A program made the position numbers and the translations under genes. Positions 19,645 to 31,094 of a DNA stretch of 64,000 bases are shown piece after piece. The notes under the pieces were generated by a model that was not told where the DNA came from, did no database searches, and saw only the letters and a list, made by a program, of their open reading frames with translations. Position 1 is the stretch's first letter. Each line of letters starts with the position of its first letter. This DNA comes from Thermodesulfovibrionales bacterium (GTDB lineage Bacteria > Nitrospirota > Thermodesulfovibrionia > Thermodesulfovibrionales > SM23-35): contig CAVQRT010000007.1 in assembly GCA_963715195.1 (NCBI GenBank), forward strand, positions 128,001 to 192,000, written 5' to 3'.

Positions 19645-21039
19645 TTATACTATAGCATAAACTGCATTTCTTGTCTGATGCTTTACCTTGTACATTGCTT
19701 CATCGGCAATCTTGATCAGCTCCTCTTTTGAACGTGCACTTTCCGGATACGAAGCGACGCCAAAACTTGCAGTCAGTTTGAGGGTATATCCTTCCTTCTT
19801 GAGAAAGGTATTCTGCTCGATAGACTTCCGCATCCTTTCGGCGATAAGTGCAGCGGTATTTGGAGTCGTCTGCGGAAGTACAATTACAAATTCATCTCCA
19901 CCGTACCGTGCAACGATATCGATCGACCTGAGGCTTTTCAGGAGAAGCTGGCCCATCTCAACCAGAACCTTGCTCCCGATCAGATGTCCGTACTGATCGT
20001 TGATGCGTTTGAAATAATCAATATCCATGAATATGAGGGATACCGAGGTCTTGTACCGTGTCGAACGCTGGATCTCAATCTCAATTGTCCTGTTCAGATA
20101 CCTGCTGTTGAAGAGCTTGGTGAGATCGTCTGTAAGAGCAAGTTCCGTCATTTTCTGATAGAGTGCTGTCCTCTCAATGGCAACGGCGATGAGGTCAACG
20201 AGGCGCAGGAGCAGGTCGAGGTCTTCCCTGATGAATGGATCCCCGGTTATCTTATTCACAAACTCAAGCACGCCTATCACTTCGCTCTTTATGATCATCG
20301 GAACACAGATGAGCGATTTTGTTTTAAAAAGGACGGCTTTATCGATCTTTCCCATGAACCGTTCGTCTTTTGATACATCGGGTACTACCACCGGAATACC
20401 TTCACGGGCTACCCATCCGGCAATACCTTCACCCAGTTTGAGCCTGATCTTCTGGATTTCTCGTGATTTCCGTGCATTCGTTTTTTCGAAGACCAGTTCT
20501 CCGGTCTCCTGATCAACGAGGAGCACAGACCAAGCTTCAGCCTGAATCATTGCTTTGACCTTTTCCATGATTCTGCCGAGAATTTCTCGCAGTTCCTGAG
20601 AGGATGCAAGATCACCGCTCACCTCTTTAAAGAAGGAGAGCTCCCGTTGCATTGACGAGACATCCTTCTTTAGTCTGGTGCTTTCGGTGAATAGGTTGTG
20701 CTCTCTCAGTAGCCTTTTTACGAAATAGAGAAGTTCGTTGACGCCCGGACTATAGAGGGGATAAACAAGGGGTTCCTTCAGCCATGGACCGAAACCCCTG
20801 AACGATTTGGAATCTGAGATGACAATTTTGGGGACGGATTTTGATGACTGGAGGAATGTTCTGAATGCCGGTTCACTACTCAGTTTCTTATCGGCAATCA
20901 GCATGTCGGTTTTCCCAATCAGGTTCTGTATGCCCTTGTTGAGGGAATCAACAGTGCTGACCGTATACCCTAATGATGACAGACCATCCTCATAGTCATT
21001 TCTGATCGCGCTTCTTCCTATCAGCAGAACCTTATGCAT
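19645..21039 (-). CDS. Diguanylate cyclase (degenerate REC-like, GAF, GGDEF)
   Basis: [21 protein letters not shown]-site and GGDEF; ATG 21039 overlaps the end of secA. Confidence 0.9.
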   Translation of the reverse strand: MHKVLLIGRSAIRNDYEDGLSSLGYTVSTVDSLNKGIQNLIGKTDMLIADKKLSSEPAFRTFLQSSKSVPKIVISDSKSFRGFGPWLKEPLVYPLYSPGVNELLYFVKRLLREHNLFTESTRLKKDVSSMQRELSFFKEVSGDLASSQELREILGRIMEKVKAMIQAEAWSVLLVDQETGELVFEKTNARKSREIQKIRLKLGEGIAGWVAREGIPVVVPDVSKDERFMGKIDKAVLFKTKSLICVPMIIKSEVIGVLEFVNKITGDPFIREDLDLLLRLVDLIAVAIERTALYQKMTELALTDDLTKLFNSRYLNRTIEIEIQRSTRYKTSVSLIFMDIDYFKRINDQYGHLIGSKVLVEMGQLLLKSLRSIDIVARYGGDEFVIVLPQTTPNTAALIAERMRKSIEQNTFLKKEGYTLKLTASFGVASYPESARSKEELIKIADEAMYKVKHQTRNAVYAIV

Positions 21040-23701
21040 TTTTTCCACAGCATTTTTTGAATTTCCGCCCGCTCCCGCAGGGGCACAGGTCATTCCTTCC
21101 CACTTTTTTTGCACGCCGGACCGTCTGGGTTGACGAACCCTCACCACGATTGTAGGTGACAGGCCTCTGACGCAACGGCTCATTCCTCACCGATTCTTTC
21201 GCCTGGACCTGCATTTTGAAGAGTCTTGTGATGATCTCCGTTGATATCCGCGATGTCATTTCAGCAAAGACATCAAATGCCTCTTTCTTATACTCGACCA
21301 GCGGGTCTTTTTGTCCATACCCCCTGAGGCCAATCCCTTCTTTGAGATGATCCATGCCGAGCAAATGGTCTTTCCACTGCGAATCGATTACCTGCAGCAT
21401 AATTACTTTTTCAAGATACCGCATGAGATCATGACCGACTTCGGCTTCTTTCTGTTCATATGCATGTCTGACTGCGGAAAGCAAGAACGCCCTCAACGAT
21501 TCACGGGCATCCGGCGCAATATCCGGCGAAACAGCAAATATTCCGAAGACTGCATCCTTTATCCCTTTGATATCCCCCTCTTCAGGATGTTTTTCCTCGG
21601 GGCAATATATCAGGAGCAGTTCATCGATCACATCTTCGATCATGCCGAATAAACGTTCCCGTAGATTTGTTCCCTGAAGAATTTCTTTTCTGAAAGAATA
21701 GACTTCCGAACGCTGCTTATTCATGACATCGTCATATTCGATGAGGTGTTTCCTGATATCAAAATTATGCGCTTCGACGCGCTTCTGCGCATTCTCAATA
21801 GCCTTTGTCACCATTTTATTTTCGATCGGCATGTCTTCTTCCATACCGAATTTTTCCATGAGTCCTGAAATCCTATCTGAACCGAAGATCCGCATGAGAT
21901 CATCCTGGAGGGACAGGTAGAAGCGTGACGATCCGGGGTCACCCTGTCTCCCCGAACGGCCTCTGAGTTGATTATCGATTCGTCGTGCTTCATGTCTCTC
22001 CGTACCGAGTATATGGAACCCGCCGGCTGAGAGAACATTCTCCCGGTCTATTGCACAGATCTCTCCAGCCTTTAAAAGGGCCTGTGCCCAGTCGTCATCG
22101 GTATAGTCTTTTTTGTCACGGAGCAGTTCCCGTGCCAGACCATCAGGATTTCCGCCGAGAATGATATCAGTTCCCCGGCCGGCCATGTTCGTCGCGATGG
22201 TAACAGCTCCCTTCCTTCCTGCCTGTGCAATGATCTCGGCTTCTTTTTCATGATATTTAGCATTCAGAACAGAATGGGGTATCCCTTTTTTCTTCAAAAG
22301 GAGACTGAGCGTTTCTGATTTTTCTATCGAAATGGTTCCGACGAGAACCGGCTGCCCCTTTGCATGAAGTTCTTCGATTTCCTTGAGAACTGCATTGAAC
22401 TTGCCTTTTTCCGTTTTGTAGATCATATCAGGATAATCGCTTCTGATCATTACCTTGTTCGTCGGAACGACAACAACTTCGAGATTGTAAATCTTGGCGA
22501 ATTCCTCGGCCTCTGTATCGGCAGTTCCAGTCATTCCAGCGAGTTTGTCATACATCCTGAAATAATTTTGGAAGGTAATTGTTGCGAGTGTCTGGTTTTC
22601 ACTCTCGATCTTGACGCCTTCCTTCGCCTCGACTGCCTGATGGAGACCGTCCGACCATCGCCTTCCCGGCATAAGCCTCCCGGTAAATTCATCAACGATA
22701 ATGACCTCCCCGTCTTTCACAACATAATCAACATCCCGTTTAAACAGCGCATGGGCTTTCAATGCCTGGAGGACATGATGAACGAGATCGATGTTTGACG
22801 GATCATACAGGTTTCCGGTTCCGAGAAGCCTTTCGACCTTGCTGTTGCCTTCTTCTGTCAGAATCGCAGTTTTCGCCTTCTCGTCGATTGTATAGTCTTC
22901 GTTCAGGGTAAGTTTGGGGATAATCTTGTCTATGCGGTAATACTTATCAGTCGATTCCTCGGACGGCCCTGATATAATGAGCGGTGTTCTTGCTTCATCG
23001 ATCAGGATGCTGTCTACCTCGTCAACGATCGCGTAATGCAGTTCCTTCTGGCTGTAATCAGCGATATCATACTTCATGTTATCCCTGAGATAATCGAATC
23101 CGAACTCGTTATTGGTCCCATAGGTAATATCAGCGGCATAGGCTTCCTGCCTCGAGCAGGGCCTCAGGAAGTCAAGCCGCTTGTCTGTCGAAAAATACGA
23201 TGGATCATAGAGGAATGAAATATCGTGCTGAATAACGCCAACCGATAAACCGAGAAAGTTGTAAACGGGGCCCATCCACTGGGTGTCCCTTTTGGCAAGA
23301 TAATCATTCACCGTGACAACGTGCACCCCTTTTCCTTCGAGCGCATTCAGGAAGACGGGTAGGGTGGCAACAAGGGTCTTTCCTTCACCCGTCTTCATTT
23401 CAGCAATCCTGCCTTCGTGGAGAACAATACCGCCGAGGATCTGAACATCAAAATGCCTCATGTTCAGCTTTCGTTTCGAAACCTCACGCACTATTGCAAA
23501 AGCCTCGGGAAGCAGTTCATCAAGCATCTCACCGGCTTCGAGCCTCTTTTTGAACTCTGATGGTTTTTCTTGTAACTGACTCTCTGAAAGATCCGCCACA
23601 GTAGGTTCAAGTGCATGAACCTTTTCTACCAGAGGCCATAACCGCTTGAGTTCACGTTCATTTTTCGTACCGAACACTTTGCTGAGGATTGTTCCAATCA
23701 T
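21032..23701 (-). CDS. secA: Preprotein translocase ATPase SecA
   Basis: [32 protein letters not shown] and SEC-C motif. Confidence 0.98.
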   Translation of the reverse strand: MIGTILSKVFGTKNERELKRLWPLVEKVHALEPTVADLSESQLQEKPSEFKKRLEAGEMLDELLPEAFAIVREVSKRKLNMRHFDVQILGGIVLHEGRIAEMKTGEGKTLVATLPVFLNALEGKGVHVVTVNDYLAKRDTQWMGPVYNFLGLSVGVIQHDISFLYDPSYFSTDKRLDFLRPCSRQEAYAADITYGTNNEFGFDYLRDNMKYDIADYSQKELHYAIVDEVDSILIDEARTPLIISGPSEESTDKYYRIDKIIPKLTLNEDYTIDEKAKTAILTEEGNSKVERLLGTGNLYDPSNIDLVHHVLQALKAHALFKRDVDYVVKDGEVIIVDEFTGRLMPGRRWSDGLHQAVEAKEGVKIESENQTLATITFQNYFRMYDKLAGMTGTADTEAEEFAKIYNLEVVVVPTNKVMIRSDYPDMIYKTEKGKFNAVLKEIEELHAKGQPVLVGTISIEKSETLSLLLKKKGIPHSVLNAKYHEKEAEIIAQAGRKGAVTIATNMAGRGTDIILGGNPDGLARELLRDKKDYTDDDWAQALLKAGEICAIDRENVLSAGGFHILGTERHEARRIDNQLRGRSGRQGDPGSSRFYLSLQDDLMRIFGSDRISGLMEKFGMEEDMPIENKMVTKAIENAQKRVEAHNFDIRKHLIEYDDVMNKQRSEVYSFRKEILQGTNLRERLFGMIEDVIDELLLIYCPEEKHPEEGDIKGIKDAVFGIFAVSPDIAPDARESLRAFLLSAVRHAYEQKEAEVGHDLMRYLEKVIMLQVIDSQWKDHLLGMDHLKEGIGLRGYGQKDPLVEYKKEAFDVFAEMTSRISTEIITRLFKMQVQAKESVRNEPLRQRPVTYNRGEGSSTQTVRRAKKVGRNDLCPCGSGRKFKKCCGKNA

Positions 23702-23708
23702 AGGTTAT

Positions 23709-23737
23709 ATAATAGATTACAGGTGCTAATATTGCAA
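23709..23737 (-). promoter_or_regulatory. secA promoter, leaderless geometry
   Basis: TTGCAA-17-TATTAT-7 nt-ATG, no SD. Confidence 0.6.
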
Positions 23738-23804
23738 GAAAGTGACGGGAATCACAGGGGGTCTTCGGCACACGCTTCAACCGCCGTGTGTCTTCCCGGA
23801 ACCC

Positions 23805-23834
23805 TTGTCAGATTCAGCAGATACATGATACATT
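23805..23834 (+). promoter_or_regulatory. miaB promoter, leaderless geometry
   Basis: TTGTCA-18-TACATT (TG-extended)-6 nt-ATG, no SD. Confidence 0.5.
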
Positions 23835-23840
23835 TCTGAT

Positions 23841-25133
23841 ATGTCAAAGACCGTGTATATACGTACTTTCGGATGTCAGATGAACGTTCATGATACCGAG
23901 AAGATGTTCGGGGTTTTGCTTCAGAGCGGGTACCACCGGACTGAAAGCGCGCAAACCGCTGATCTGATAATACTCAATACCTGCAGCATCAGGCAGAAGG
24001 CTGAACAGAAATTCTACAGCGAGCTCGGGAGACTGAAATCGCATAAAGAGAAGAGGGCTGATCTCAAGATCGCGGTTGCGGGCTGTATTGCGCAACAGGA
24101 AGGGGTAACCCTCTTCAAAAAAGCACCCTTTGTAGATTTTGTTTTCGGACCGCAGAATATTCATATGCTGCCGCATATCGCAGAAAAGTCTCCGCCATAC
24201 TCTGCCCTTGAGGAAAACCCATCACTGGAACTATGCGACCTTCCTTCTGCACGAAATGACGAGATACAGGCATGGGTAACCATCATGTATGGCTGCAGCA
24301 ATTTCTGCAGTTACTGCGTTGTTCCCTATGCAAGAGGGCGGGAACGGTCACGGCCGAGCGAAAATATTTATGCTGAAATTTCCGAACTTGCCGACAGAGG
24401 CTGCAAGGAGATAACACTCCTTGGGCAGAACGTTAATTCCTATGCAAGCGACGTTGATTTCCCCGGCCTCCTGAAAAAACTGGATGCAATCAGGGGGATC
24501 AGGAGAATACGATTTGTTACATCCCATCCAAAAGACCTCTCCGATCCACTTATCCGAACGGTTGCCGGCCTTCCCGGTGTCTGCGAGCACATTCATCTGC
24601 CACTGCAGTCAGCCTCCGATTCCGTATTAATGCGTATGAACAGAGGGTATGCATTCAAGGAATACCTGCAGAAGATAGATGCACTGAGAAAGATGATTCC
24701 GGATATTGCAATAACATCAGATATTATCGCGGGGTTTCCGGGAGAATCCGATGATGATCATGTGCAGACAATGCAGGCTCTTGAAGAGATTTCTTTTGAC
24801 GGTATCTTTGCTTTTGCATTTTCGGCAAGGCCGCATACAAGGGCTGCGACGTATGAAGGCCAGATTCCTGAAGACATCAAATTGAGAAGGCTTCAGGAGA
24901 TTCTCCGGCTTCAGGACCGGCTTACGCTCGCAAAGAACAAAGGGCTTGAAGGTACCACACAGGAAATACTCATCGAAGGTTCAAGCGAAACAGACAAGCA
25001 CAAAATGATGGGAAAAACCCGGACAAACAAAATCGTTACGTTGGAAAACAGAGACATACCGAAAGGAAGCTTCATCTGTGCAAAGATCGTAAAAGCCCGT
25101 AAACACTCGCTTGAAGGTGTCCCCGTCATCTGA
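23841..25133 (+). CDS. miaB: tRNA methylthiotransferase MiaB
   Basis: TFGCQMNVHD, NTCSIR, CxxxCxxC, FVTSHP and TRAM domain. Confidence 0.94.
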   Translation: MSKTVYIRTFGCQMNVHDTEKMFGVLLQSGYHRTESAQTADLIILNTCSIRQKAEQKFYSELGRLKSHKEKRADLKIAVAGCIAQQEGVTLFKKAPFVDFVFGPQNIHMLPHIAEKSPPYSALEENPSLELCDLPSARNDEIQAWVTIMYGCSNFCSYCVVPYARGRERSRPSENIYAEISELADRGCKEITLLGQNVNSYASDVDFPGLLKKLDAIRGIRRIRFVTSHPKDLSDPLIRTVAGLPGVCEHIHLPLQSASDSVLMRMNRGYAFKEYLQKIDALRKMIPDIAITSDIIAGFPGESDDDHVQTMQALEEISFDGIFAFAFSARPHTRAATYEGQIPEDIKLRRLQEILRLQDRLTLAKNKGLEGTTQEILIEGSSETDKHKMMGKTRTNKIVTLENRDIPKGSFICAKIVKARKHSLEGVPVI

Positions 25134-26371
25134 TGAAATTTTCTATCCTTACCCTCGGCTGCAGGGTAAATCAGTCCGAAAGCGACGTAATCGAAGGCAA
25201 TCTTGTCGGACGCGGCCATTCCGTCGTGCCCTTGTGCGAGAAGCCGGACTATTGCATTGTGAATACCTGTTCAGTAACGGCAAAAAGTGACCACCAGTCC
25301 AGACAGTTGGCACGAAGAGCCTTACGGCAAAATGCAAGAGTTATTGTCACGGGGTGTTATGCTCAACTGAGACCTGAGGACTTCAAAAGAATAAGCAGCG
25401 ATATGCTTATCGTTACAAATAATAATAAATACAATATTATCAATATATTAGATAACAACATAAAATATATTAGTTTAAGTTATTCGAATAGATCACGACC
25501 ATCTATCAAGGTTCAAGATGGGTGCAATCATACATGCTCCTTCTGCATAGTTCCTTATGCAAGAGGAAAGTCCCGAAGCGTCGAAAGTCACACAATCGTT
25601 GATCAGATTATTAGCCTCGAATCAAAAGGATTTAACGAAATTGTCCTTACAGGTATCCATCTCGGCTCATACGGTAACGATTTAAAACCTCAATTAAAAC
25701 TTTCAGATATCATTGAAATCATAATAAATAAAACACAAATTAAACGAATTAGATTAAGTTCACTCGGAATGAATGCAATTGATAGCTCCCTGATAGACCT
25801 GCTGCAAGAAAACCGGGTATGCAAACACCTCCACATTCCTCTTCAGAGTGGCGATGATTCAGTGCTGAGACGTATGAGAAGGCCTTACGATTCTGCATCT
25901 TATTTTCAAATAATATCCCGTATAATTGCGAAAATCCCTAATATCTCAATAGGTACTGATGTCATAGTTGGTTTCCCGGGAGAAACCGATTCGGCCTTCA
26001 TGAATACAAAGAATTTCATAGAGGACGTTCCTTTTGCGTATCTCCACATCTTTCCCTATTCAGTACGATCCGGTACTGCTGCTTCAAAGATGGCCGGTCA
26101 GATTGAGTTTTCTATAAAAAAGAGGCGGTACGAAATTCTGAGACAATTAAACAGTAGAAAGAAAGAATTATATATCTCATCACAAATCAACAAAATCCTC
26201 GACATCGTCATTGAAGACGAGGATTCTGATCAGGGTATGGTCGGAACATCCAGTAATTATCTGAAAATACGAGTATGTTCAAAAAGATATCCGAAGAAAT
26301 CCCTCATCGCTGTAAGGGTTGCTGAGAGGACAGGGGATACCCTGAGAGGAGTACCCGTAGAAAAGCTTTAA
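25133..26371 (+). CDS. mtaB: tRNA methylthiotransferase MtaB
   Basis: TLGCRVNQ, NTCSVT, KVQDGCNHTCSFC, LTGIHLG and HIFPYS. Confidence 0.9.
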   Translation: MKFSILTLGCRVNQSESDVIEGNLVGRGHSVVPLCEKPDYCIVNTCSVTAKSDHQSRQLARRALRQNARVIVTGCYAQLRPEDFKRISSDMLIVTNNNKYNIINILDNNIKYISLSYSNRSRPSIKVQDGCNHTCSFCIVPYARGKSRSVESHTIVDQIISLESKGFNEIVLTGIHLGSYGNDLKPQLKLSDIIEIIINKTQIKRIRLSSLGMNAIDSSLIDLLQENRVCKHLHIPLQSGDDSVLRRMRRPYDSASYFQIISRIIAKIPNISIGTDVIVGFPGETDSAFMNTKNFIEDVPFAYLHIFPYSVRSGTAASKMAGQIEFSIKKRRYEILRQLNSRKKELYISSQINKILDIVIEDEDSDQGMVGTSSNYLKIRVCSKRYPKKSLIAVRVAERTGDTLRGVPVEKL

Positions 26372-26381
26372 CTCATTGATA
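26369..26381 (-). promoter_or_regulatory. IHF consensus match
   Basis: TATCAATGAGTTA matches WATCAANNNNTTR. Confidence 0.35.
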
Positions 26382-26503
26382 TTCAATATTTATTATACTG
26401 CATAAATCCTAATCAAACTGGCTTGAATCCCGCGCTGAAAAGGGGCAATAAGATTTCTCTGTCGATTTAATAACAGGTTGCTAACATATCGTGTAGATAT
26501 ATT

Positions 26504-26531
26504 GCGTCCGATAAGATATATTATGTAAAAT
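26504..26531 (+). other. dif: dif chromosome dimer resolution site (XerC/XerD)
   Basis: GCGTCCGATAA-GATATA-TTATGTAAAAT, an 11-6-11 layout. Right arm is one mismatch from the E. coli XerD arm TTATGTTAAAT. Intergenic between convergent genes in an AT-rich trough. Confidence 0.85.
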
Positions 26532-26544
26532 TCCATGTTTAATT

Positions 26545-27751
26545 TTAATATCCCACTTGCTTTATAAACGACACTGCTTCTTTTCTTGATCTCAGTATTC
26601 CTTCGAATTTTGCCTTTTTAAGAGATACAAGTATTTTGCCCAGTTCGGCTCCCGGACTCACCCCTGCAATATTCATAACCTCTTCTGCAGACAACAAACC
26701 ATTCCTCCATATTTTCTGGAATCTCCTGAATTCTTTCAGTAGCGGTAATCTGTTCGTCACGATGAGGATATCAATTGATGCTTCGCCCGAGTTTTTGAAT
26801 ATCCGGAATATCTTGTCATAATTGAATTTTTTCATCCTTTTCAACTCTTTAATGCCCTTATTGACAACTTCTAACCGATTCAGGATCTTTCTGCTTATGG
26901 TTACATTGTACAGGCTATTTCCTTCGAAACAATCACCGAGCAAAATGTGAAGGCACAGCAAGCCCTTATAGGATAGATTTTGAGCAAATGTCTCATAAAG
27001 TAGCACTTTAATATGCGAAGGAAGAAGGTGAAGTATCGTCTTTTCAAATGTAACTAATGCTTTAAGACTATATGATAACTGATTAAATTTAAATGGTAAT
27101 ATAGTATTCAACAACTGGTCTGCAAGTGCCATTTTTAGGTGCGTTGAAGACTGCTTTGCGTTTAACAAATTGAACATTTCTAAAGTAATTCTTTCATCTG
27201 ATGAAAAGTGAATCATCATGTGATTTTGTTTAATAATCCGACGTGTTGCTGGGTCTATTGTACCGTCAATCTCAGCAGAAAACCGGTAGGCGCGCAACAT
27301 GCGTAGTGGATCATCGATGAGGTTCTTTTCCGAGATGGAACGAACAACTCTCCTGTGTATGTCGTTAATGCCATTATACAAATCAATGACACCCTTTCCC
27401 GGTGACCATGCAAGCGCATTCATTGTGAAATCTCTTTGCGAAAGGTTTTCCTCGAGTGTTCCTTCTAAATGACTGAAATCTAAGGTATGCCCTGTTTTCA
27501 ATGCAAGTCTTACGGTATCTTTGAATTTGAATTCGATAATCGTTCCACCGGTTTCTTTTCCGAATAGTTTTGACAAAAGACAGTACGTTTCCGCGCACGA
27601 TATAATCTCTGTCATGTGAATCAATTCCTCTGATAAGATCCCTGAGATATCCGCCAACGAGGTATACCTCTCTTCTTCGTCCCCTATCGAAGATGAACGA
27701 GTCATATTTATCCTTATGTATTTTTTTCTCGAACAAACGATTGTGTCTCAT
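26545..27751 (-). pseudogene. tRNA nucleotidyltransferase (CCA/poly(A) polymerase family), frameshifted
   Basis: YLVGGYLRD...DRD in one frame; RDFTMNA and DDPLRMLRAYRF in another; frames join at an A4 run (27556-27559). Confidence 0.75.
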
Positions 27752-28078
27752 GACGAATTAATAATAGCAATGTTGGATGGTGTTATTTAAGATATCTGGA
27801 TTGTCCGGTTCTGATGTAGTGTTTCCCCTTCCCTTTCCGATTTGATAACTTCATTGACGTTTTTTTCACGGAATCTGCTTTACCATATAGGACAAATTAT
27901 TTCCTGGTAGACTGGCAAATCTTCGAAAGTCAGGAGGTTTTTACTGTCAGATTAAAAGTTTCAATGAAGGGTCAAATGTCTGATTCTTTTAATGTGCTCC
28001 TTACAACCATCATAGAGGATCTTGTTAATTATAGCGTGTGAAAGGGAAATGCTGCTTCATAAGGTGACTTTACTCTTT

Positions 28079-29941
28079 TTATAATGGATCCGACTGAAGA
28101 AAACTTTCACCTGCGGTTACAAAGGTATGATTTCCAAAAACGATATCCCAAAACCAAGTAGAGGTTTCTGAATTTCTCAATGTCCATGATTTCCCGTTAG
28201 TTGACGATAAGATAGTGCCGTTATTCCCAACCGCGACAAAATTACCCTCTGCAAACGTTATACCGGAGAGATACTCACTGGTTTTTGAATTTCTCTTGGT
28301 CCAATGCAACCCGTCAGCAGACGTTAAAATTGCACCATGTGCACCAACAATAGCAAAAAGGCCATTTCCATAACTACATGCTTCAAGATAATCTGAACTC
28401 TCCGCATTTCCTTTCTTCCAGTCTATACCGTCTTTGGATAAAAGCACTTCTCCTACAGCACTTACTACAATAAATATTGCGTTCCCATAGGTCACACTCT
28501 GGAGAAAAGAAGTGGTATTCGAATTTCTCTCTACCCAGGAGATTCGATCAACAGAGGTAAGAATAGTGCCATTTTCACCAATAGCAACATAGATTCCATT
28601 ACCAACAGTTATTCCTGTAAGCCAATTTGAAGTTCCTGTATTTGTTATACTCCACGAGATTCCATCAGCAGATGAGAAAATAGAACTTCCGCTGACACCG
28701 ATAAAGTTCCCGTCGGCATAAATTACCCGATTTGGGCCATTACTATTGTCTTGACCTACAATGGTCCATGTGACGCCATCAGGAGAGGTAACGACTCCGT
28801 TACCAACCCCAACAAAATGCCCATTACCATAACTCAAATGCTGTATTTGACCACGGGGATAAGAAAAAAATTTAGAAGTCCAGTTTTTCCCATCAGTAGA
28901 TGTTGACATATAGGTAGCATAGTTCCCATAGGGGTCCTCCTTGCCCGCTCCGTAAGCCAAGAATATGCCATTGCCATAGGCTAAAAGAGGCGACCCGAAT
29001 GGCTCGGGAATGACTGAAAACGTCCAGTTTATCCCATCTTTAGAAGTACCACTAATACGGGGAAGAACAGGAGGAGGAATCAACTGGGTATGAACTGTCA
29101 TATCAGTCTCAATTACGCCCATGATCAAGAAAGTATCGTTTCCATATATTACTTTAGAAAAACTATACTGCACATCTGCATTTCCACTTGACCAATTAAT
29201 CCCATCGGCTGAAGTCATAATGGTACCGCCAAGCCCACCTATGACAAATATACCGTCGCCGTAAGTTATATCCATTAAATAGTTTGTCCATACAACTGTA
29301 TGTGACCACGTGATACCATCAGGAGAGACATGAATGGCTTGAACTGTTCCAGTCTCCTTAGTATGTAATGAGCCAATGGCGACAAAAATGCCATTCCCAA
29401 ATATTATTTTAGACAGATTATAAGATGCAGTTTTCGTACTATTCTCTGTCCAAGAGATTCCATCATGTGAGGTTAAAATGGTCTGATTAGAGCCGACCGC
29501 GACAAATATGCCGTTACCATAAGTTACATCGTTTAAAATCTCAGACGTCCCAGCAGACCTTTTTGTCCAGGTACTTCCATCAGGAGAGCTGAGAATGGAA
29601 CCATTTTGTCCAACAGCAACAAAGATACCATTTCCATATGTTATCCCACTGAGATAATCTGACGTCACAAAAGTTGTCAACGTCCAAAAGATACCATCAG
29701 GAGAGGTCAAAGAGGTGTTTCTACTGATTGCAACAAAGATACCGTTACCATAGGTAATGTCATAAAGATTATCCGGTGTGTTTGGTGCTCTTACGTGCCA
29801 GGTATCAAGTGGGTTCGGTGTTGGCGGTGTCTTAGTACCTCCATTGCCTCCACCCCCACAACTTACAAGAAAAAATAATGTTCCTAAAAGAAAGGAAAAT
29901 ATTATTCTTATGCAGTATCTTGTCTGCATTTTGTTCTCCAT
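28079..29941 (-). CDS. Lipoprotein with BNR/YVTN-like beta-propeller repeats
   Basis: Lipobox-like FLVSC, Gly/Pro linker, many YGNG.FVAVG..G.ILTS.DG..W repeats. Confidence 0.88.
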   Translation of the reverse strand: MENKMQTRYCIRIIFSFLLGTLFFLVSCGGGGNGGTKTPPTPNPLDTWHVRAPNTPDNLYDITYGNGIFVAISRNTSLTSPDGIFWTLTTFVTSDYLSGITYGNGIFVAVGQNGSILSSPDGSTWTKRSAGTSEILNDVTYGNGIFVAVGSNQTILTSHDGISWTENSTKTASYNLSKIIFGNGIFVAIGSLHTKETGTVQAIHVSPDGITWSHTVVWTNYLMDITYGDGIFVIGGLGGTIMTSADGINWSSGNADVQYSFSKVIYGNDTFLIMGVIETDMTVHTQLIPPPVLPRISGTSKDGINWTFSVIPEPFGSPLLAYGNGIFLAYGAGKEDPYGNYATYMSTSTDGKNWTSKFFSYPRGQIQHLSYGNGHFVGVGNGVVTSPDGVTWTIVGQDNSNGPNRVIYADGNFIGVSGSSIFSSADGISWSITNTGTSNWLTGITVGNGIYVAIGENGTILTSVDRISWVERNSNTTSFLQSVTYGNAIFIVVSAVGEVLLSKDGIDWKKGNAESSDYLEACSYGNGLFAIVGAHGAILTSADGLHWTKRNSKTSEYLSGITFAEGNFVAVGNNGTILSSTNGKSWTLRNSETSTWFWDIVFGNHTFVTAGESFLQSDPL

Positions 29942-29962
29942 ATCTAATCTGCCAAGGTTGAT

Positions 29963-30130
29963 CTACGATTTCTTGCTCGTTTTTGTGGTAAATTCTGAAA
30001 TTTTCTTCTGTACGTTGTCACTTTGACAATGAGGACATTTTATTTTCGGGTTGGATTCAAAATCTTTTATCGAGAGGAAGACAATAAACTCGTGGTTGCA
30101 GTCCTTACAAACATATTCATAAGCAGGCAT
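29963..30130 (-). CDS. FmdB-family zinc ribbon protein (55 aa, not in ORF track)
   Basis: MPAYEYVCKDC...CPHCQS; AAGGAGG RBS. Confidence 0.88.
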   Translation of the reverse strand: MPAYEYVCKDCNHEFIVFLSIKDFESNPKIKCPHCQSDNVQKKISEFTTKTSKKS

Positions 30131-30340
30131 GGCGACCTCCTTATTATTGAGGAATTGCGGCTGTACTATATACCATTATATCAATTCTGATTACCGTTTA
30201 GGATGGAATTCTGATATGCAGCAAAGAATATCAATATAATACTGATAGCAAATAGTACATTTGCAAATAATAAATGAATTAGTAGAATTGAAGTAATGGT
30301 CACTTTAAAAATACTTTGCTGAATTTACTAGAGGTGCATT

Positions 30341-31081
30341 TTGCTGATAGCATGGATAATAATTTGCAGCCTCCTTGGGAGTATCATTTCAGTTTGTGGA
30401 GCAGCTCTCCTTTTATATTTCTATGATGGTGTGAGAAAGACACTCGTTCCTTGTCTGATAAGTTATGCTACAGGGACATTACTTGGTGCAGCTTTTCTTG
30501 GGATGTTACCAAGAGCTCTTGAACATAGTGAACCAAATCAAATCCTGGTAGTACTTCTCTTTGGCATAATTCTTTTCTTTACGCTCGAAAAGTTTGTTCT
30601 CTGGCGACACTGTCACGACCACAAGTGCGAAATACATAGTACAGCCGGACATCTCATTCTTATAGGAGATGCTTTTCATAATTTTATTGACGGAGTAGTT
30701 ATAACTGCAACATTTCTTGTATCAATTCCTTTGGGCATTGCAGCAGCACTTGCAGTCATTGCACATGAAGTCCCTCAGGAAATAGGAGATTTTGCCATCC
30801 TGCTTGAAAGTGGTTTTTCAAAAAAGAAAGCCTTTATTTATAATCTCTTATCATCAATTACCACTCTGCCGGGTGCCATTATTGCATATATCTATCTCAA
30901 AGAAATGCTTACAGCAATACCTTATATTCTTGCACTATCAGCTTCAAGTTTTATCTATATTGCTACAGCAGACCTTATTCCAATGCTTCATAAAAAAATT
31001 GGGATGAAAGAGAACTTATTACAATTAGTTTTGCTCTTAGCGGGCATAGGGACTATTTTCTTGTTTAAGCTATCTCAATAA
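30341..31081 (+). CDS. ZIP family metal transporter
   Basis: His-rich loop, GDAFHNFIDG and HEVPQEIGD. Confidence 0.92.
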   Translation: MLIAWIIICSLLGSIISVCGAALLLYFYDGVRKTLVPCLISYATGTLLGAAFLGMLPRALEHSEPNQILVVLLFGIILFFTLEKFVLWRHCHDHKCEIHSTAGHLILIGDAFHNFIDGVVITATFLVSIPLGIAAALAVIAHEVPQEIGDFAILLESGFSKKKAFIYNLLSSITTLPGAIIAYIYLKEMLTAIPYILALSASSFIYIATADLIPMLHKKIGMKENLLQLVLLLAGIGTIFLFKLSQ

Positions 31082-31094
31082 AAAGCAGGCAGCG

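Noticed and set aside
27913..27950. GGCAAA...GAAA resembling a c-di-GMP-I riboswitch
   Set aside because: The downstream ACGCAAAGC element and second stem are missing.
28079..29800. Periodic repeats as a CRISPR array
   Set aside because: Degenerate, in-frame protein repeats with no identical direct repeats or cas genes.
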